A stretch of 64,000 nt of DNA from Hyphomicrobiales bacterium (GCA_041397845.1 JAWKVW010000006.1:6061-70060); one strand, 5' to 3'; numbered from the stretch's first letter, positions 50,399 through 61,296 are shown. Program-made: numbers and translations. The notes: generated by a model not told the origin, from the letters alone.

Positions 50399-51847
50399 TC
50401 AGGGCTCAGCCGCCGTGCCGGCCTCCTGCGTCAGCAGGATGACGAAGGTCGCGCCGGGGGTTCCGTCCTTCAGCGCGAGCGTCCCGCCATGGGCGCGCAC
50501 GAGTTCGGCGGCAATCGCCAGGCCAAGGCCGGTGCCACCAGGACGGGCCGAGCCCTCGAAGGCCCGGAACAGGTTTTCGCGGGCCTTTTTCGGCACGCCG
50601 GGGCCGGTGTCGGTGACCTCGATGCGCACGCCACGGCTTTCCCGACCGGCAGCAATCGCCAGCCGCCGGATGATGGCGGGATCGTCCTCGCCCTCCATCG
50701 CCTGAACGGCATTGCGGCAGAGATTGACGAGGACGCGGAAGAGCTGTTCCGGGTCGGCCTCGATCTCAAGGCCCTCCGGCACCTGATTTTCGAAGGCAAT
50801 CGTCGGATGCTCGCGCAAGGTGAGAACCTCGGCGACGTCCTCGACGAGGCGGTCGAGCGCGAGCAGGCGGCGAACCGGCGGCTGCTCCTCGGCCCGGCCA
50901 TAGGTCAGCGTCGACTGGCAATAGGCAATGGCGCGGTCGAGGGCGCCGATGAGCTTTGGCGCAAAGCGCTGCACCGTCGGATCGGGCAAGGCGGTCAGGC
51001 GATCGGAAAAGAGCTGCGCCGAGGCGAGCAGGTTGCGCAGGTCGTGATTGATCTTGGAGACGGCAAGGCCGACATCGGCCAGGCGGCGCTGCTGCTTCAG
51101 CGTGCCGGCGAGCTGGCGCTGCATGGCGGCAAGACGTTCCTCGGCAAGGCCGACCTCGTCGTCCCGCCGGCTCGGCACGATGATGCGCGAGGGGTCTTCC
51201 GGGGCCTCGCTGAACCGGGCCATGGCGCCGGTCAGCCGGCGCATCGGGCGCACGAAAAGTCCGTTGAGACTGAAGAAGACGAGCGCCGCCGTGACCAGCG
51301 AGATGACCAGCGACAGCACGAGGATATTGCGCGAATAGCGCATCATCGCCTGACGCAGCGGCGTTTCGGAGAGGATGACCTCGAGGAACTCGCCGCCGCG
51401 CGGCGGCGCGCCGATGACGCGGATGGTGCGCTCGCCACCGACGACCAGCGTCTCGAATGCGTCGGCAATCGCGGTCAGCGGCCGGGCATCGCGCAAATCG
51501 ACGTCGCGGGCAATCATTGCCGGCATTTCCGACATGGCGAGCAGGCGGCGCATGCCTTCGCTGCGCACCGCGACGGCCTCGGCGCCGATTGCCTTCAGCA
51601 GCTCGGTGCGCATGTCCTCGTTCAGCGACAGGTCGTTGCCTTCATGCTCGAGCAGCAGCGCGGCGACATTGGCGGTGGCGAGGCGGTCGCGCAGCCAGGT
51701 CAGCCGATAATTGGCGACCGAGGGCACGAAAATCGTCACTTCGGCGACCATGACAAAGACGATGGTGAGGACGAGCAGCTTGACGGACAGCCCCCGGAAG
51801 GGCCGCCGCCGGCGTTCGCTCGTCATGGCATCTTGGCTTTCGGTCAT
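50399..51847 (-). CDS. Sensor histidine kinase (2 TM, HAMP-like linker, HisKA/HATPase)
   Basis: ORF 50399..51847(-) has the H-box SKINHDLRNLLASA, the N-box NLCRNAVQAM, and G-boxes DTGPGVP and GGTGLGLAIAAELV. Confidence 0.85.
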   Translation of the reverse strand: MTESQDAMTSERRRRPFRGLSVKLLVLTIVFVMVAEVTIFVPSVANYRLTWLRDRLATANVAALLLEHEGNDLSLNEDMRTELLKAIGAEAVAVRSEGMRRLLAMSEMPAMIARDVDLRDARPLTAIADAFETLVVGGERTIRVIGAPPRGGEFLEVILSETPLRQAMMRYSRNILVLSLVISLVTAALVFFSLNGLFVRPMRRLTGAMARFSEAPEDPSRIIVPSRRDDEVGLAEERLAAMQRQLAGTLKQQRRLADVGLAVSKINHDLRNLLASAQLFSDRLTALPDPTVQRFAPKLIGALDRAIAYCQSTLTYGRAEEQPPVRRLLALDRLVEDVAEVLTLREHPTIAFENQVPEGLEIEADPEQLFRVLVNLCRNAVQAMEGEDDPAIIRRLAIAAGRESRGVRIEVTDTGPGVPKKARENLFRAFEGSARPGGTGLGLAIAAELVRAHGGTLALKDGTPGATFVILLTQEAGTAAEP

Positions 51848-51887
51848 GCCTGTCGCGGGTCTTTTCGGCGTATTGCCGCCAGATCGT

Positions 51888-53312
51888 TCAGCCGAAGCGG
51901 CGCAGAAACGCGATGATGCGGCGCGTCCAGGGGCTCGTCAAACTCGGGGTGTAGTAGGTAATGGCGGCACGGCGGGCAACCTCGGCACGGGTCGGGTAAG
52001 GAAAGACGAGGCCGGCGAGCGCGCCGACCTTCATCTTGCGGGCAACAGCCATGGCATAGAGCGGGATGAGCTCGCCGGCATCGCGGCCGACGACACCGGC
52101 GCCGACGATGCGGCCGCGCTTCGTCGCGATGATCTTGGCAAAGCCATGCCGGTCGCCTTCGGCGGTCGCCCGGTCGTTCTCGGCAAAGGGCCAGCGCAGC
52201 ACCCGGATCTCGCCATGCCGCTCGCGCGCCGCCGCTTCGCCGAGGCCGACGAAGGCAAGTTCGGGATCGGTGTAGGTGGTCCAGGGGATGATGTCACGGC
52301 GCTCGCTGACCGGCAGGCGGAAGAGGATCGCGCGCAGCACGAGGCCGGCGTGATAGTTGGCGACGTGGGTGAACTGATAGCTGCCGGCGACGTCGCCAAT
52401 GGCGTAGACGCGGCGATTGGTGGTGCGAAGACCAGTGTCGACGGCGATGCCGCGCTCGCCGAGCGCGACGCCGGCAAGCTCCAGGCCGAGATCCTCGACA
52501 TTGGGCCGGCGGCCGGCGGCGACCAGCAGATGGCTGCCGACAAGGGTCTCGACGCCGTCGCCCGCGGCAAGCTCGAGGGCAACGCCGGCGCCGTCGCGGC
52601 GGGCCGAGAGGATGCGGACGCCCTCGCGCAGCTCCACCCCGTCACGGCGAAGGGCATCGACGACGATCGCGGCAAGCTCAGGATCATCACGCGAGAGCGC
52701 GGCGGCGGCCTCGAGCACCACGACCTCGGCGCCAAGGCGGCGGAAGGCCTGCGCCAGTTCCATGCCGATCGGGCCGCCGCCGAGCACGAGCAGGCGGCGC
52801 GGCAGTTCGGTGAGCCCGAAGATGGTCTCGTTGGTCAGGAACGGCACTTCGGCTAGGCCGGGGATCGGGGGAATGCCGGCCCTCGACCCGGTGGCGATGA
52901 CGAAGCGGCGGGCACGGATGGTTTCGCCGCCGGCGGCGACGGTGTCGGGGCCGGTGAACCGGGCGGCGGCGCGGATGACCCGGACGCCGAGGCCGGCAAA
53001 GCGTTCCTCGGAATCGTTCGGCGCGATCTCGCCGATGACGCCGTGGACGTGGGCCATGACCCTCGCGAAATCGACTTGCGGCTCACCGGCGTCGATACCG
53101 AAGCGGCCGGCGGCACGGATGGCGGCAGCGGCGCGCGCGGCGGATATCAACGCCTTGGACGGCACGCAGCCGGGGTTGAGGCAATCGCCGCCCATGCGGT
53201 CCTTCTCGACGAGGACAACGGAGACGCCGAAGGCAGCGGCAGCTGCGGCGACCGACAGGCCGCCTGAGCCGGCGCCGATGACGCAGATATCGGGGCGAAG
53301 CTCGGCTGCCAT
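51888..53312 (-). CDS. FAD-dependent pyridine nucleotide-disulfide oxidoreductase (dihydrolipoamide dehydrogenase/mercuric reductase-like)
   Basis: ORF 51888..53312(-): DICVIGAGSGG, the redox-active GGDCLNPGCVPSK, VLGGGPIGMELA and YAIGDV, plus a dimerisation domain. Confidence 0.85.
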   Translation of the reverse strand: MAAELRPDICVIGAGSGGLSVAAAAAAFGVSVVLVEKDRMGGDCLNPGCVPSKALISAARAAAAIRAAGRFGIDAGEPQVDFARVMAHVHGVIGEIAPNDSEERFAGLGVRVIRAAARFTGPDTVAAGGETIRARRFVIATGSRAGIPPIPGLAEVPFLTNETIFGLTELPRRLLVLGGGPIGMELAQAFRRLGAEVVVLEAAAALSRDDPELAAIVVDALRRDGVELREGVRILSARRDGAGVALELAAGDGVETLVGSHLLVAAGRRPNVEDLGLELAGVALGERGIAVDTGLRTTNRRVYAIGDVAGSYQFTHVANYHAGLVLRAILFRLPVSERRDIIPWTTYTDPELAFVGLGEAAARERHGEIRVLRWPFAENDRATAEGDRHGFAKIIATKRGRIVGAGVVGRDAGELIPLYAMAVARKMKVGALAGLVFPYPTRAEVARRAAITYYTPSLTSPWTRRIIAFLRRFG

Positions 53313-54110
53313 CAGTTCACCCCCTCACCTGCCCTCGAGCGTGTGCGACGCCACTTCTTCAGGACAACCGGGACAAGGGCAACGAGACCGAGGGCGAGGA
53401 AGGCAAGGATGAGCTCGGGCGTGACGAGGGCGGAGGGGTCGAGCGTCACGGTAGGCCGGATCGGCGGCGCACTCGGGATTGGCGGCGCGCTGGGCGGCAA
53501 CGACGCTATCAAGGCCGGCGCCGAGGAAGGAATAGGCCGCCGTGCCCGGGATGATGCCGATGAAGGTGGCAAGGAAGAAGGTGCGCAGCGGCACTTCGAG
53601 CAGCGCCGGGGCGAGATTGACCAGCCAGAACGGAAAGGCCGGCACGAGGCGCAGGAACAGGAGATAGCCGAAGGCATCCTCGCGAAAGCCGGCGCCAAGG
53701 CGCGACAGGAAGGGTCCGGCGCGGGCAGCAAGGACAGCGCCGAGGGATGAGCGCGCTGCAAGGAAGAGAAGCGTTGCGCCGATGGTCGCGGCAAAGACCG
53801 TGAGGAGCGCGCCGACGACCCAGCCGAAGAGCACGGCGCCGGCGATGGTCAGGATGCTGGCGCCGGGCAATGACAGGGCAACGGTCGCGACATAGACGGC
53901 GAAATAGACGGCAAGGGCGAGAAAGCGGTTGTCGGCGACGAAGGTCGCCAGCGCCTCGCGATATTCGATGAGCGAGGCGAGCGACAGGTAGCGGTGCCAG
54001 CCCATGGCGAAGGCCAGGACCATCGCGGCGAGAATGACGACGAGCGGCAGGGCGCGCAACAGGGCACTGCCGGTGCGCCGCTCCTTGCCATATGCGCTTT
54101 CGCTCGCCAT
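53312..54110 (-). pseudogene. TVP38/TMEM64 (DedA/SNARE-associated) family membrane protein with one frameshift near codon 215
   Basis: ORF 53325..54110(-) carries the N-terminal part up to ...GAGLDSVVAAQRAANPECAA. The last TM helix (PIRPTVTLDPSALVTPELILAFLALGLVALVPVVLKKWR) is in the frame of ORF 53312..53794. The switch is at about 53468, next to an 18-bp direct repeat. The stop overlaps the oxidoreductase start (TGATG). Confidence 0.7.
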
Positions 54111-54271
54111 TGCCGATACTTTCCGAATTTCCGGTTTGCCTTGATCGATTTTGCCAGAATAGTCCGGCGCTCCGGCCTCGGCACCCGATTTCGGCCGCTC
54201 TCACCGTCATTTGAAGGCTGACGGCGAGGCCATCACCGCTTCGTGATGGGCGGGAGAAGAGCCGGCGCACG

Positions 54272-54300
54272 TTGACTTTGCGCCACCCACTCCGTATAAG
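54272..54300 (+). promoter_or_regulatory. Near-consensus sigma70-type promoter upstream of rpmH
   Basis: TTGACT (54272-54277), a 17-nt spacer, then TATAAG (54295-54300). It lies about 125 nt upstream of the rpmH ATG. Confidence 0.55.
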
Positions 54301-54427
54301 CCCGCTCGAATGGACGATCGTGTCCCGCAGTGCCCGTTCAGGGCACGATGTCGGTTAGCCAACCACGGACACGCGGCCGCATCCGAAAAAAGAGATTTCG
54401 AGGAGCCGCTTCCGGCGGAACAGAACT

Positions 54428-54562
54428 ATGAAACGGACCTATCAGCCCAGCAAGCTCGTCCGCAAGCGCCGCCACGGCTTCCGCGCCCGCATGGCGACGG
54501 AAGGCGGCCGCAAGGTCATCGCGGCCCGTCGGGCTCGCGGGCGCAAGCGCCTCTCGGCCTGA
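54428..54562 (+). CDS. rpmH: 50S ribosomal protein L34
   Basis: This ORF is too short to appear in the track. Direct translation gives [44 protein letters not shown]. Confidence 0.95.
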   Translation: MKRTYQPSKLVRKRRHGFRARMATEGGRKVIAARRARGRKRLSA

Positions 54563-54623
54563 CCGGACGGCGCCGGCGGACAGGGGTTCGCAGGCGCGGC
54601 CGGCGGCGCGGAGCTTCTTTGCG

Positions 54624-54971
54624 ATGCGATTGAAAAAGCGCGCCGAATTTCTCGCTGCCGCCAAGGGACGGCGGTGTTCGCGCGCGACGCTGACCATGCA
54701 GTGCCGGCGGCGCGACGGCGACGAGAGCGGGCCGCGCTTCGGCTATACCGTGACCAAGAAGACCGGATGCTCGGTGGAGCGCAACCGCATGCGGCGGCGC
54801 TTTCGCGAGGCCGTCCGCAAGGTTGCGCCGGAACATGCCGCGGCCGGACATGACTACGTGCTGATCGCGCGGCGCCCGGCGCTCGAGGCTCCGTTCGCCT
54901 CGATCGTCGCGGACATTGTCGCATGCCTTCAGCGTTTCGGCGGGTCGCACGGCCCGGCCAAAGCAACGTGA
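54624..54971 (+). CDS. rnpA: Ribonuclease P protein component
   Basis: ORF 54624..54971: RLKKRAEFLAAAKG...FGYTVTKKTGCSVERNRMRRRFREAV. Its position after rpmH supports the call. Confidence 0.9.
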   Translation: MRLKKRAEFLAAAKGRRCSRATLTMQCRRRDGDESGPRFGYTVTKKTGCSVERNRMRRRFREAVRKVAPEHAAAGHDYVLIARRPALEAPFASIVADIVACLQRFGGSHGPAKAT

Positions 54972-55136
54972 CGGCGATCGCGGGGGCCAAGGCCTCCGGG
55001 GTCGCCTTTTTTTGTTTGCCGTTCGCAGTCCTTCCGCATCCGGGCATCTTTCGGCGCCCCGCGGAAGACCGTGGACTGACTTGATAGAGAACAGACGGCA
55101 GGGACGGCCGGCCTGTTCGCAGCCGAGTGATCCGGG

Positions 55137-56978
55137 ATGGACGAGAACCGCAACTATCTGCTCGCAATCGCCCTGTCGCTGGTGATCCTCGTCGGATGGC
55201 AATTCTTCATTGCCGGACCGAAGATCGAGGCGCAGCGCCAGCGCGCCGCCATCGAGGCGCAACAGAACGAGCAGGCGGCGCCCGCGCCGCAGGGCCAGAC
55301 CGGCGAAGCCGCCCCCTCGGCGGTGCCGCAGGCGCAGGGCGAAAGCGGCGCTCCGGCGGTTCCGGCCGGCCCGGCGGCGAACGCGCCGACGACCGGCGAC
55401 CGCACCGCCGCCCTGGCCGCCGACGCCCGCATCGTCATTGACACCCCGGCGCTGTCGGGCTCGCTCAACCTCAAGGGCGGGCGGATCGACGACATCCGGC
55501 TGAAGAACTACCACGAGACCGTCGACCCGAAGAGCCCGACGATCGAGCTGCTGTCGCCGGCCGGCAGCGCCAATCCCTATTACGCCGATTTCGGCTGGGT
55601 CGCCGACACCGGCACGACCGTCGCCCTGCCCGGCCCGGAGACGCTGTGGACGGTGGAATCGGGCGACAAGCTCGAGCCCGGCAAGCCGCTGGTCATCGCC
55701 CACGACAACGGCCAGGGCGTCGTCTTCCGGCGCACCATCACGCTCGACGAGCGTTACATGTTCACCGTCGTCCAGTCGGTGGAGAACGGCAGCGGCCAGC
55801 CGATGACGCTCTATCCCTACGGCCTGCTGTCGCGGCAGGGCACGCCGCACACCACCGGCTACTACATCCTGCACGAGGGCCTCATCGGCGTTCTCGGCGA
55901 GGAGGGCCTCACCGAGGTCAAGTACAAGGACATCAAGGAGAAGCTGGAGCAGACGCATCGCGACGTCGGTCGCGGCTGGATCGGCATCACCGACAAGTAC
56001 TGGGCGGCGGTGCTGTTCCCGGACGATACGGCGCAGTTCGACGCGCGCTTCACCTATCGCCAGCGCAATGGCGTGGAGACCTACCAGACCGACTATCTCG
56101 GCAAGGCGCGCACCATCGCGGCCGGCGAGAAAGGCGAGACGACGGCGCGGCTCTTTGCCGGCGCCAAGGAGGTCGCGGCGGTCGACGGCTATGAAACCCA
56201 GTACAAGTTCGAGAACTTCGACCTCCTGATCGACTGGGGCTGGTTCTACTTCTTCACCAAGCCGCTGTTCTACATCATCGACTGGCTGTTCAAGATGTTC
56301 GGCAACTTCGGCGTGGCGATCCTGCTCGTCACCGTCCTGGTGAAGGCGATCTTCTTCCCGCTGGCGAACAAGTCCTACGTCTCGATGAGCCGGATGAAGA
56401 AGGTGCAGCCGTTGATGAAGGAGCTGCAGGACCGCTTCAAGGACGACAAGATGCGCCAGCAGCAGGCGCTGATGGAGCTCTACAAGAAAGAGAAGATCAA
56501 TCCGCTGTCCGGCTGCCTGCCGATCGTCGTCCAGATCCCGGTGTTCTTCGCGCTCTACAAGGTGCTGTTCATCACCATCGAGATGCGCCACGCGCCGTTC
56601 TTCGGCTGGATTCACGATCTTGCCGCGCCGGATCCGACCACGCTCTTCAACCTGTTCGGCCTCATTCCCTGGACGCCGCCGCAGATGCTGATGATCGGTA
56701 TCTGGCCGCTGATCATGGGCGTGACGATGTTCCTGCAGATGAAGCTCAACCCGGCACCGACCGATCCGGTGCAGGCTTCGATCTTCACCTGGATGCCGGT
56801 GATCTTCACCTTCATCCTCGGCTCGTTCCCGGCCGGCCTCGTCATCTACTGGAGCTGGAACAACTTCCTGTCGATCGTCCAGCAGATGACGATCATGAAG
56901 CGGCAGGGGGTCAAGATCGAGCTCTGGGACAATCTCGCCGCGATGCTGAAACGCGGCGCCAAGGACACGACCGGCTGA
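55137..56978 (+). CDS. yidC: Membrane protein insertase YidC
   Basis: ORF 55137..56978: [24 protein letters not shown]...[36 protein letters not shown]...[16 protein letters not shown]...[13 protein letters not shown]. Confidence 0.95.
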   Translation: MDENRNYLLAIALSLVILVGWQFFIAGPKIEAQRQRAAIEAQQNEQAAPAPQGQTGEAAPSAVPQAQGESGAPAVPAGPAANAPTTGDRTAALAADARIVIDTPALSGSLNLKGGRIDDIRLKNYHETVDPKSPTIELLSPAGSANPYYADFGWVADTGTTVALPGPETLWTVESGDKLEPGKPLVIAHDNGQGVVFRRTITLDERYMFTVVQSVENGSGQPMTLYPYGLLSRQGTPHTTGYYILHEGLIGVLGEEGLTEVKYKDIKEKLEQTHRDVGRGWIGITDKYWAAVLFPDDTAQFDARFTYRQRNGVETYQTDYLGKARTIAAGEKGETTARLFAGAKEVAAVDGYETQYKFENFDLLIDWGWFYFFTKPLFYIIDWLFKMFGNFGVAILLVTVLVKAIFFPLANKSYVSMSRMKKVQPLMKELQDRFKDDKMRQQQALMELYKKEKINPLSGCLPIVVQIPVFFALYKVLFITIEMRHAPFFGWIHDLAAPDPTTLFNLFGLIPWTPPQMLMIGIWPLIMGVTMFLQMKLNPAPTDPVQASIFTWMPVIFTFILGSFPAGLVIYWSWNNFLSIVQQMTIMKRQGVKIELWDNLAAMLKRGAKDTTG

Positions 56979-56991
56979 GCGGACGCTTCCC

Positions 56992-57669
56992 ATGACCGAC
57001 ACGGCGCGGGACGCCGCCCTTGCAGAAGCAGCGCTCAGGACATTTCAGGTGCCCTGGGCGTTCCGCACCGAGGTCCGGCATCTTGAAGACCTGCCGGCGA
57101 TCGAGGGCGTCGAGATCGCCTTTGCCGGGCGCTCGAATGTCGGCAAGTCGAGCCTCATCAACGCCCTCACCTTCCAGAAGTCGCTGGCGCGGACCTCGAA
57201 CACGCCGGGGCGCACGCAGGGTCTCGTGCTGTTCACCGGCGCGCCGGGCCTGACCATGATCGACATGCCCGGCTATGGCTATGCCGAGGCGCCCAAGCAC
57301 ACGGTCGACACCTGGACGAAGCTCATCCTCGACTATCTGCGCGGCCGGCCGACGCTGCGCCGGGTGTTCCTGCTCATCGATTCGCGGCACGGCCTGAAGA
57401 AGACCGACGTGCAGGTGATGGACCTGCTCGACAAGTCCGCCGTCGGCTACCAGATCGTGCTGACCAAGGCCGACAAGCCGAAGGGTGTCGATCTCGACAA
57501 GACCGAGGCGGCCGTCGCCAAGGCGATCGCCAAGCGGCCGGCGGCGCATCCGGTCATCATCCGGACGTCCTCGATTGCCGGCAGCGGCCTTGAGACGCTG
57601 CGCACAGAAATCTACACGCTGACGCTCGGCCCCGGCGAGTGGCCGACGGCGAGCGACGAATTGCGGTAG
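56992..57669 (+). CDS. engB: Ribosome-biogenesis GTPase YihA/YsxC (EngB)
   Basis: ORF 56992..57669 has G1 [13 protein letters not shown]3 DMPGYGY and G4 TKADK. Confidence 0.9.
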   Translation: MTDTARDAALAEAALRTFQVPWAFRTEVRHLEDLPAIEGVEIAFAGRSNVGKSSLINALTFQKSLARTSNTPGRTQGLVLFTGAPGLTMIDMPGYGYAEAPKHTVDTWTKLILDYLRGRPTLRRVFLLIDSRHGLKKTDVQVMDLLDKSAVGYQIVLTKADKPKGVDLDKTEAAVAKAIAKRPAAHPVIIRTSSIAGSGLETLRTEIYTLTLGPGEWPTASDELR

Positions 57670-57799
57670 CCATGGCGCGACGCCGGCCCTTCACAGGCCG
57701 GCCGCAAGCGGCTATTCAAACGAGCGGAACGTGGCGGCGCGGCGCAGCCGATGACGGGCGTTCCGGATGATCGGGGCCTATTCCAGCGAGGGCGAAGCG

Positions 57800-58768
57800 A
57801 TGGCGGCAAACGATCCGAAACTCGTGACGGTGTTCGGCGGCTCCGGCTTTGTCGGGCGGCACGTCGTCAGGGCGCTGGTCAAGCGCGGCCACAGGGTGCG
57901 CGTTGCGGTGCGCCGGCCGGATCTGGCGAACTTCCTGCAGCCGATCGGCGCGGTCGGCCAGATCCACGCCGTGCAGGCCAATCTTCGCTATCCCGATTCG
58001 GTGGCGCGGGCCGTTGATGGCGCCGACGCCGTCGTCAACGCGGTCGGCATTCTCTACGAGACCGGCAAGCAGCGCTTCGGCGCGGTGCAGGCGACCGGCC
58101 CGAAGGCAATCGCCGAGGCGGCGCGCGATGCCGGTATCGGCAATTTCGTGCAGATCTCGGCGATCGGCGCCGATGCCGGCTCGAAGTCTGATTATGCCAA
58201 GACCAAGGCGGCCGGCGAGACCGCCGTCTTCAACGCGGTGCCCGGCGCTGTCGTGCTGCGGCCCTCGATCGTGTTCGGACCGGAAGACGATTTCTTCAAC
58301 CGCTTCGCGGCGATGGCCCGGCTGTCGCCGGTGCTGCCGCTGATCGGCGGCGGCAAGACCCGGTTCCAGCCGGTGTTCGTCGGCGACGTCGCGGCGGCCG
58401 TTGCCAAGGCGGTCTCGGGCGAGGCCAAGGCCGGCACGGTCTATGAGCTCGGCGGGCCGCAGGTCTTCACCTTCGCCGAACTGATGGAGCTGATGCTGAA
58501 GGTCATCGCCCGCAAGCGCCTGCTGGTGCCGGTGCCGGGCATTCCGGCAAAGCTCATGGCGCGGGTGCTGGAGCTGCTGCCGAAGCCGCTGCTGACCTGC
58601 GACCAGTTGATCATGCTCGAGAAGGACAATGTCGTCAGCGACGCGGCGATCGCGGAAGGGCGCACGCTCGCCGGTCTCGGACTGACAACGGAAACGCTGG
58701 CGGCCGAGCCGAGCTATCTCTACCGCTTCCGGGCGCACGGCCAGTTCGAGGCGCAGCGCAGCTTCTGA
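57800..58768 (+). CDS. NAD(P)H-binding atypical SDR (complex I NDUFA9-like family)
   Basis: ORF 57767..58768 from ATG 57800: VTVFGGSGFVGRHVVRAL...SAIGAD...YAKTKAAGE...LRPSIVFGPED. Confidence 0.8.
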   Translation: MAANDPKLVTVFGGSGFVGRHVVRALVKRGHRVRVAVRRPDLANFLQPIGAVGQIHAVQANLRYPDSVARAVDGADAVVNAVGILYETGKQRFGAVQATGPKAIAEAARDAGIGNFVQISAIGADAGSKSDYAKTKAAGETAVFNAVPGAVVLRPSIVFGPEDDFFNRFAAMARLSPVLPLIGGGKTRFQPVFVGDVAAAVAKAVSGEAKAGTVYELGGPQVFTFAELMELMLKVIARKRLLVPVPGIPAKLMARVLELLPKPLLTCDQLIMLEKDNVVSDAAIAEGRTLAGLGLTTETLAAEPSYLYRFRAHGQFEAQRSF

Positions 58769-58798
58769 GTGGCGCGCCGGCGACCCCTCACCAACGAC

Positions 58799-58823
58799 AA
58801 AGGGCGGCCTCGTGCCGCCCTTT
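58799..58823. terminator. Bidirectional intrinsic terminator
   Basis: AAAGGGCGGC-ctcgt-GCCGCCCTTT, between convergent genes. Confidence 0.75.
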
Positions 58824-58842
58824 GCATGTCGGGTCAGGTGGC

Positions 58843-59559
58843 CACCGTCATATCACCGGGCGAGGCCGGCGAGGAAGGCGGCGAGATCGTCGGTGACGAA
58901 CTCGCACATGCGGGTCGACGGCGCCTTCCAGTTCCCATTCCTCGCGAAACACCTGGCGGGTGCCTCGGCACAATGAGCACCGTGCGCATGCCGATCTCGT
59001 GCGGTACGGCGAGATTGCGCGGCAGGTCCTCGAACATCGCCGCGCGCTTCGGGTCGATGCCGGTGCGGGCGATGAAGCGGTCGTAGGTCTCGCGGTACGG
59101 CTTGGGCATGTGGTCGGCGGCAACGATGTCGAAGATGTCGTCGAAATGCCCGGCGATGCCGAGGCGGCCGGCGACCTTCTCGGCGTGGGACACCGAGCCG
59201 TTGGTGAAGATGTATTTGCGCCCGGCAAGGCCGGCGATCGCCTCGCCGAGGGCGGGATCGGGCGGCACCGGCGAATGGTCGATGTCGTGAACGAACTCGA
59301 GGAACGCGTCCGGCGATATGCCGTGCTCGATCATCAGGCCGCGCATGGTGGTGCCGTAGCGCTGGTAGTAATCCTTCTGCACCCGGTAGGCATCATCCGG
59401 TCCGAGGTCGAGCAGGCGCTCGACATAGGTGCGGATCTTCACGTCGATCTGGGCAAACAGATTGACGTGCTCCGGATAGAGGGTGTTGTCGAGATCGAAC
59501 ACCCAGCTATCGATGCCGGCGAAGGCCTCTTGCGGCGCAAGGCCCGAGGAACTGGTCAC
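58843..59559 (-). pseudogene. Pyrimidine 5'-nucleotidase (HAD superfamily) with two frameshifts in the C-terminal 40 codons
   Basis: ORF 58834..59598(-): WVFDLDNTLYP...IFTNGSVSHAEKV...FEDLPRNLAVPHEIGMRTVLIVP. The tail is then split over frames (QVFREEWELEGAVDPH, then CEFVTDDLAAFLAGLAR* ending at 58843). The likely start is GTG 59559, 10 nt after the argB stop. Confidence 0.7.
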
Positions 59560-59569
59560 GGCGGCGGCC

Positions 59570-60490
59570 TCAGTGCTTGATGAGGGTGCCGACGCCATGA
59601 TCGGTGTAGAGCTCGAGCAGCACGGCGTGGGGCACGCGGCCGTCGAGAATGACGACGCCCTCGACGCCCTGGCGCAGCGACTGGATGCAGGTCTCGACCT
59701 TCGGGATCATGCCGCCGGAGATGGTGCCGTCGGCGATGAGGGCCTTGGCCTCGGAGACGGTGAGTTCGCGGATGAGCTTGCCGTCGCGATCGAGGACACC
59801 GGCGACATCCGTCAGGAACAGCAGGCGACGGGCGCCGAGCGCGCCGGCAATCGCGCCGGCGAACGTGTCGGCATTGACGTTGTAGGTCTCGCCGTCGTCA
59901 CCGAAGGCAACAGGGGCAATGACCGGCACGAGATCGGAATGGGCGATGACGTCGAGAACCTTGCGGTTGACGGTGTCGGGCTCGCCGACGAAGCCGAGGT
60001 CGATGACCTTCTCGATGTTCGAATCGGGGTCCTTCATGGTGCGGGTCGCCTTCCTGGCGCGCACCATGTTGCCGTCCTTGCCGCAAAGGCCGATGGCGCG
60101 GCCGCCGGCATGATTGATCGAGGCGACGATCTGCTTGTTGATGAGGCCGGCGAGAACCATCTCGACGATTTCGACGGTGGCCTTGTCGGTGACGCGCAGG
60201 CCGCCGCGGAACTCGCTCTTGATGCCGAGACGCTCCAGCATCGAGCCGATCTGCGGGCCGCCGCCATGAACGACGACCGGATTGACGCCGCTCTGCTTCA
60301 GGAGCGCGATGTCGCGGGCAAAGGCGTTGGCCGTCGCATCGTCGACCATGGCGTGGCCGCCGTATTTCACCACCACGGTCTGACTGTCGTAGCGCTGCAT
60401 GTAGGGCAGCGCGCCGGACAGCACGCGGGCTTCGCGGACATAGATATCGCGGCGGGATTCGGCGTCGTCGGTCATTGGTCCGTCCGTCAT
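59570..60490 (-). CDS. argB: Acetylglutamate kinase
   Basis: ORF 59570..60574(-) from Met at 60490: [10 protein letters not shown]...[12 protein letters not shown]...GLRVTD...[12 protein letters not shown]...[13 protein letters not shown]. Confidence 0.95.
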   Translation of the reverse strand: MTDGPMTDDAESRRDIYVREARVLSGALPYMQRYDSQTVVVKYGGHAMVDDATANAFARDIALLKQSGVNPVVVHGGGPQIGSMLERLGIKSEFRGGLRVTDKATVEIVEMVLAGLINKQIVASINHAGGRAIGLCGKDGNMVRARKATRTMKDPDSNIEKVIDLGFVGEPDTVNRKVLDVIAHSDLVPVIAPVAFGDDGETYNVNADTFAGAIAGALGARRLLFLTDVAGVLDRDGKLIRELTVSEAKALIADGTISGGMIPKVETCIQSLRQGVEGVVILDGRVPHAVLLELYTDHGVGTLIKH

Positions 60491-60609
60491 CGGGGTCAAT
60501 CCGTATGGCCGGGCACGACGTGGTGCGAAGCGCCGGTCCCGTCGGGTCTTAGCGCTTTTCCCCTCGCCTCTCAATGCCCCGGCCGAGAGGCCGCCCTTTG
60601 CCGGCCGCC

Positions 60610-61112
60610 TCAGCGGTCAGCGAATTCCTCGACGAGATCGCGCAGCTCGAGGGCACGCTCGGCGGTCGTCTCCATCGAGCAATAGGCAGAGGCCGGGATG
60701 CCGGCGGTGCCGCCCTCGAACCTGGCATGGGCGAAGCCGCATTTGGCATCGCGCCATTTGATCCAGAGGCGCTGGACGTCGCGATATTCCGTGGCAACCC
60801 CGGCCGGCATGGCGTCGCGGGCCATTGCGTACCAGTCATTCAGGAGCCCGTCCCAGATCGCCTCCTCACGGCGGGCGCAGCCGGCCATGCCGTGGGTATG
60901 CTGGTTCTCGGGATCCTCAAGGCAAGGGTCGGCGACGATGCCGATGCAGTCATGGGCGATATCGCGGCGCGTGGCTCCGGCCGAAGCCTCGAGGCAATCA
61001 TGGATCGTCTGGATGTGATCCGCGGTCGGGGCATAGGGACTGTCGTCGGACGCGGCAAGTGCGCCGCACCGGCCGACAGCGATGGCAGCAACAGCGCGGG
61101 GATGCGTCGCAT
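60610..61112 (-). pseudogene. LprI/DUF1311-family (lysozyme-inhibitor-like) periplasmic protein with a frameshift in the signal peptide
   Basis: The ATG at 61112 (MRRIPALLLPSL...) is in the frame of ORF 60840..61112. The mature part (AVGRCGALAASDD...DCIGIVADPCLEDPEN...EEAIWDGLLNDWY...VQRLWIKWRDAKC) is in ORF 60610..61173. The switch is at about 61075. Confidence 0.6.
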
Positions 61113-61273
61113 GGAGGCTGCTTCCGGGCGAGCGGCACGGTCGCGGCACGATGCCGATGTGTCTGCCGCTCAACGATTAGCCGGTTTGCAGATGCACCTC
61201 AATCGGCAGGCACGCGGAGTCTGGAGGGCCTGGACCCCTCACCTCTCGCCCTTGGGGCCAGCCCTCACCCTAA

Positions 61274-61296
61274 CCCTCTCCCCAACGGGGAGAGGG
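61274..61296. repeat. REP/RIME-like hairpin (type 2)
   Basis: CCCTCTCCCC-aac-GGGGAGAGGG, preceded by CCCTCACCCTAA. It gives the typical spurious peptide LSPTGRGTQ. A related degenerate copy lies near 18849-18872. Confidence 0.7.

Noticed and set aside
54516-57002. An 828-aa minus-strand ORF, plus similar long ORFs at 10413..12389(-), 28170..30062(-), 31939..34260(+), 40734..43805(+) and 20325..21584(+)
   Set aside because: Each lies antisense to, or out of frame with, a gene that has clear family motifs (yidC, MFS, aroA/cmk/hisF, the kinase, the hybrid kinase, cfa). Their translations are dominated by R/A/G/P/D repeats with no recognisable motifs. They are GC-driven shadow ORFs.
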